Shown here in pieces: positions 63,971 through 64,000 of a stretch of 64,000 nucleotides of DNA. Source of the DNA: Chrysomallon squamiferum (taxonomy: Eukaryota > Animalia > Mollusca). The notes below the pieces were generated by a model that was given only the letters and a program-made list of their open reading frames with translations, did not search any database and was not told where the DNA came from. Numbering within the stretch: position 1 is the stretch's first letter; each line of letters opens with the position of its first letter. The translations under genes were made by a program, and so were the position numbers. The stretch is from NCBI GenBank assembly GCA_012295275.1, contig CM022673.1, positions 28,396,001 through 28,460,000 on the forward strand, read 5' to 3'.

Positions 63971-64000
63971 GTACGACAAAGATCTGTCTGATTAGTGTTA

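Overview
Eukaryotic, very AT-rich, microsatellite-dense genomic DNA. It looks like an invertebrate, possibly a mollusc, but that is only an inference. The window holds a head-to-tail array of three paralogous single-pass receptor guanylyl cyclase genes (natriuretic-peptide-receptor / speract-receptor type), all on the + strand. Each encodes a signal peptide, an ANF-receptor-type ectodomain, one TM helix, a kinase-homology (pseudokinase) domain, a signalling helix and a class III cyclase. All exons were reconstructed by hand, and intron positions and phases are identical across the paralogs. Gene A (265-19224) has 24 coding exons, gene B (28308-45078) has 24 coding exons and is intact at 1109 aa, and gene C (51843 to beyond the window) shows 19 exons. 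Most listed ORFs are microsatellite translations. Main oddities: (1) a 22-copy tandem array of the splice acceptor plus first half of gene A's transmembrane exon, where only the last copy gives a membrane receptor; (2) two more tandem duplications of splice sites; (3) a clean 4-aa deletion of the signalling-helix ERT motif in gene C; (4) single-base homopolymer frameshifts in genes A and C, which may be assembly errors; (5) an apparent gene-conversion tract between B and C at the first catalytic exon; (6) a GC-AG intron unique to gene C.
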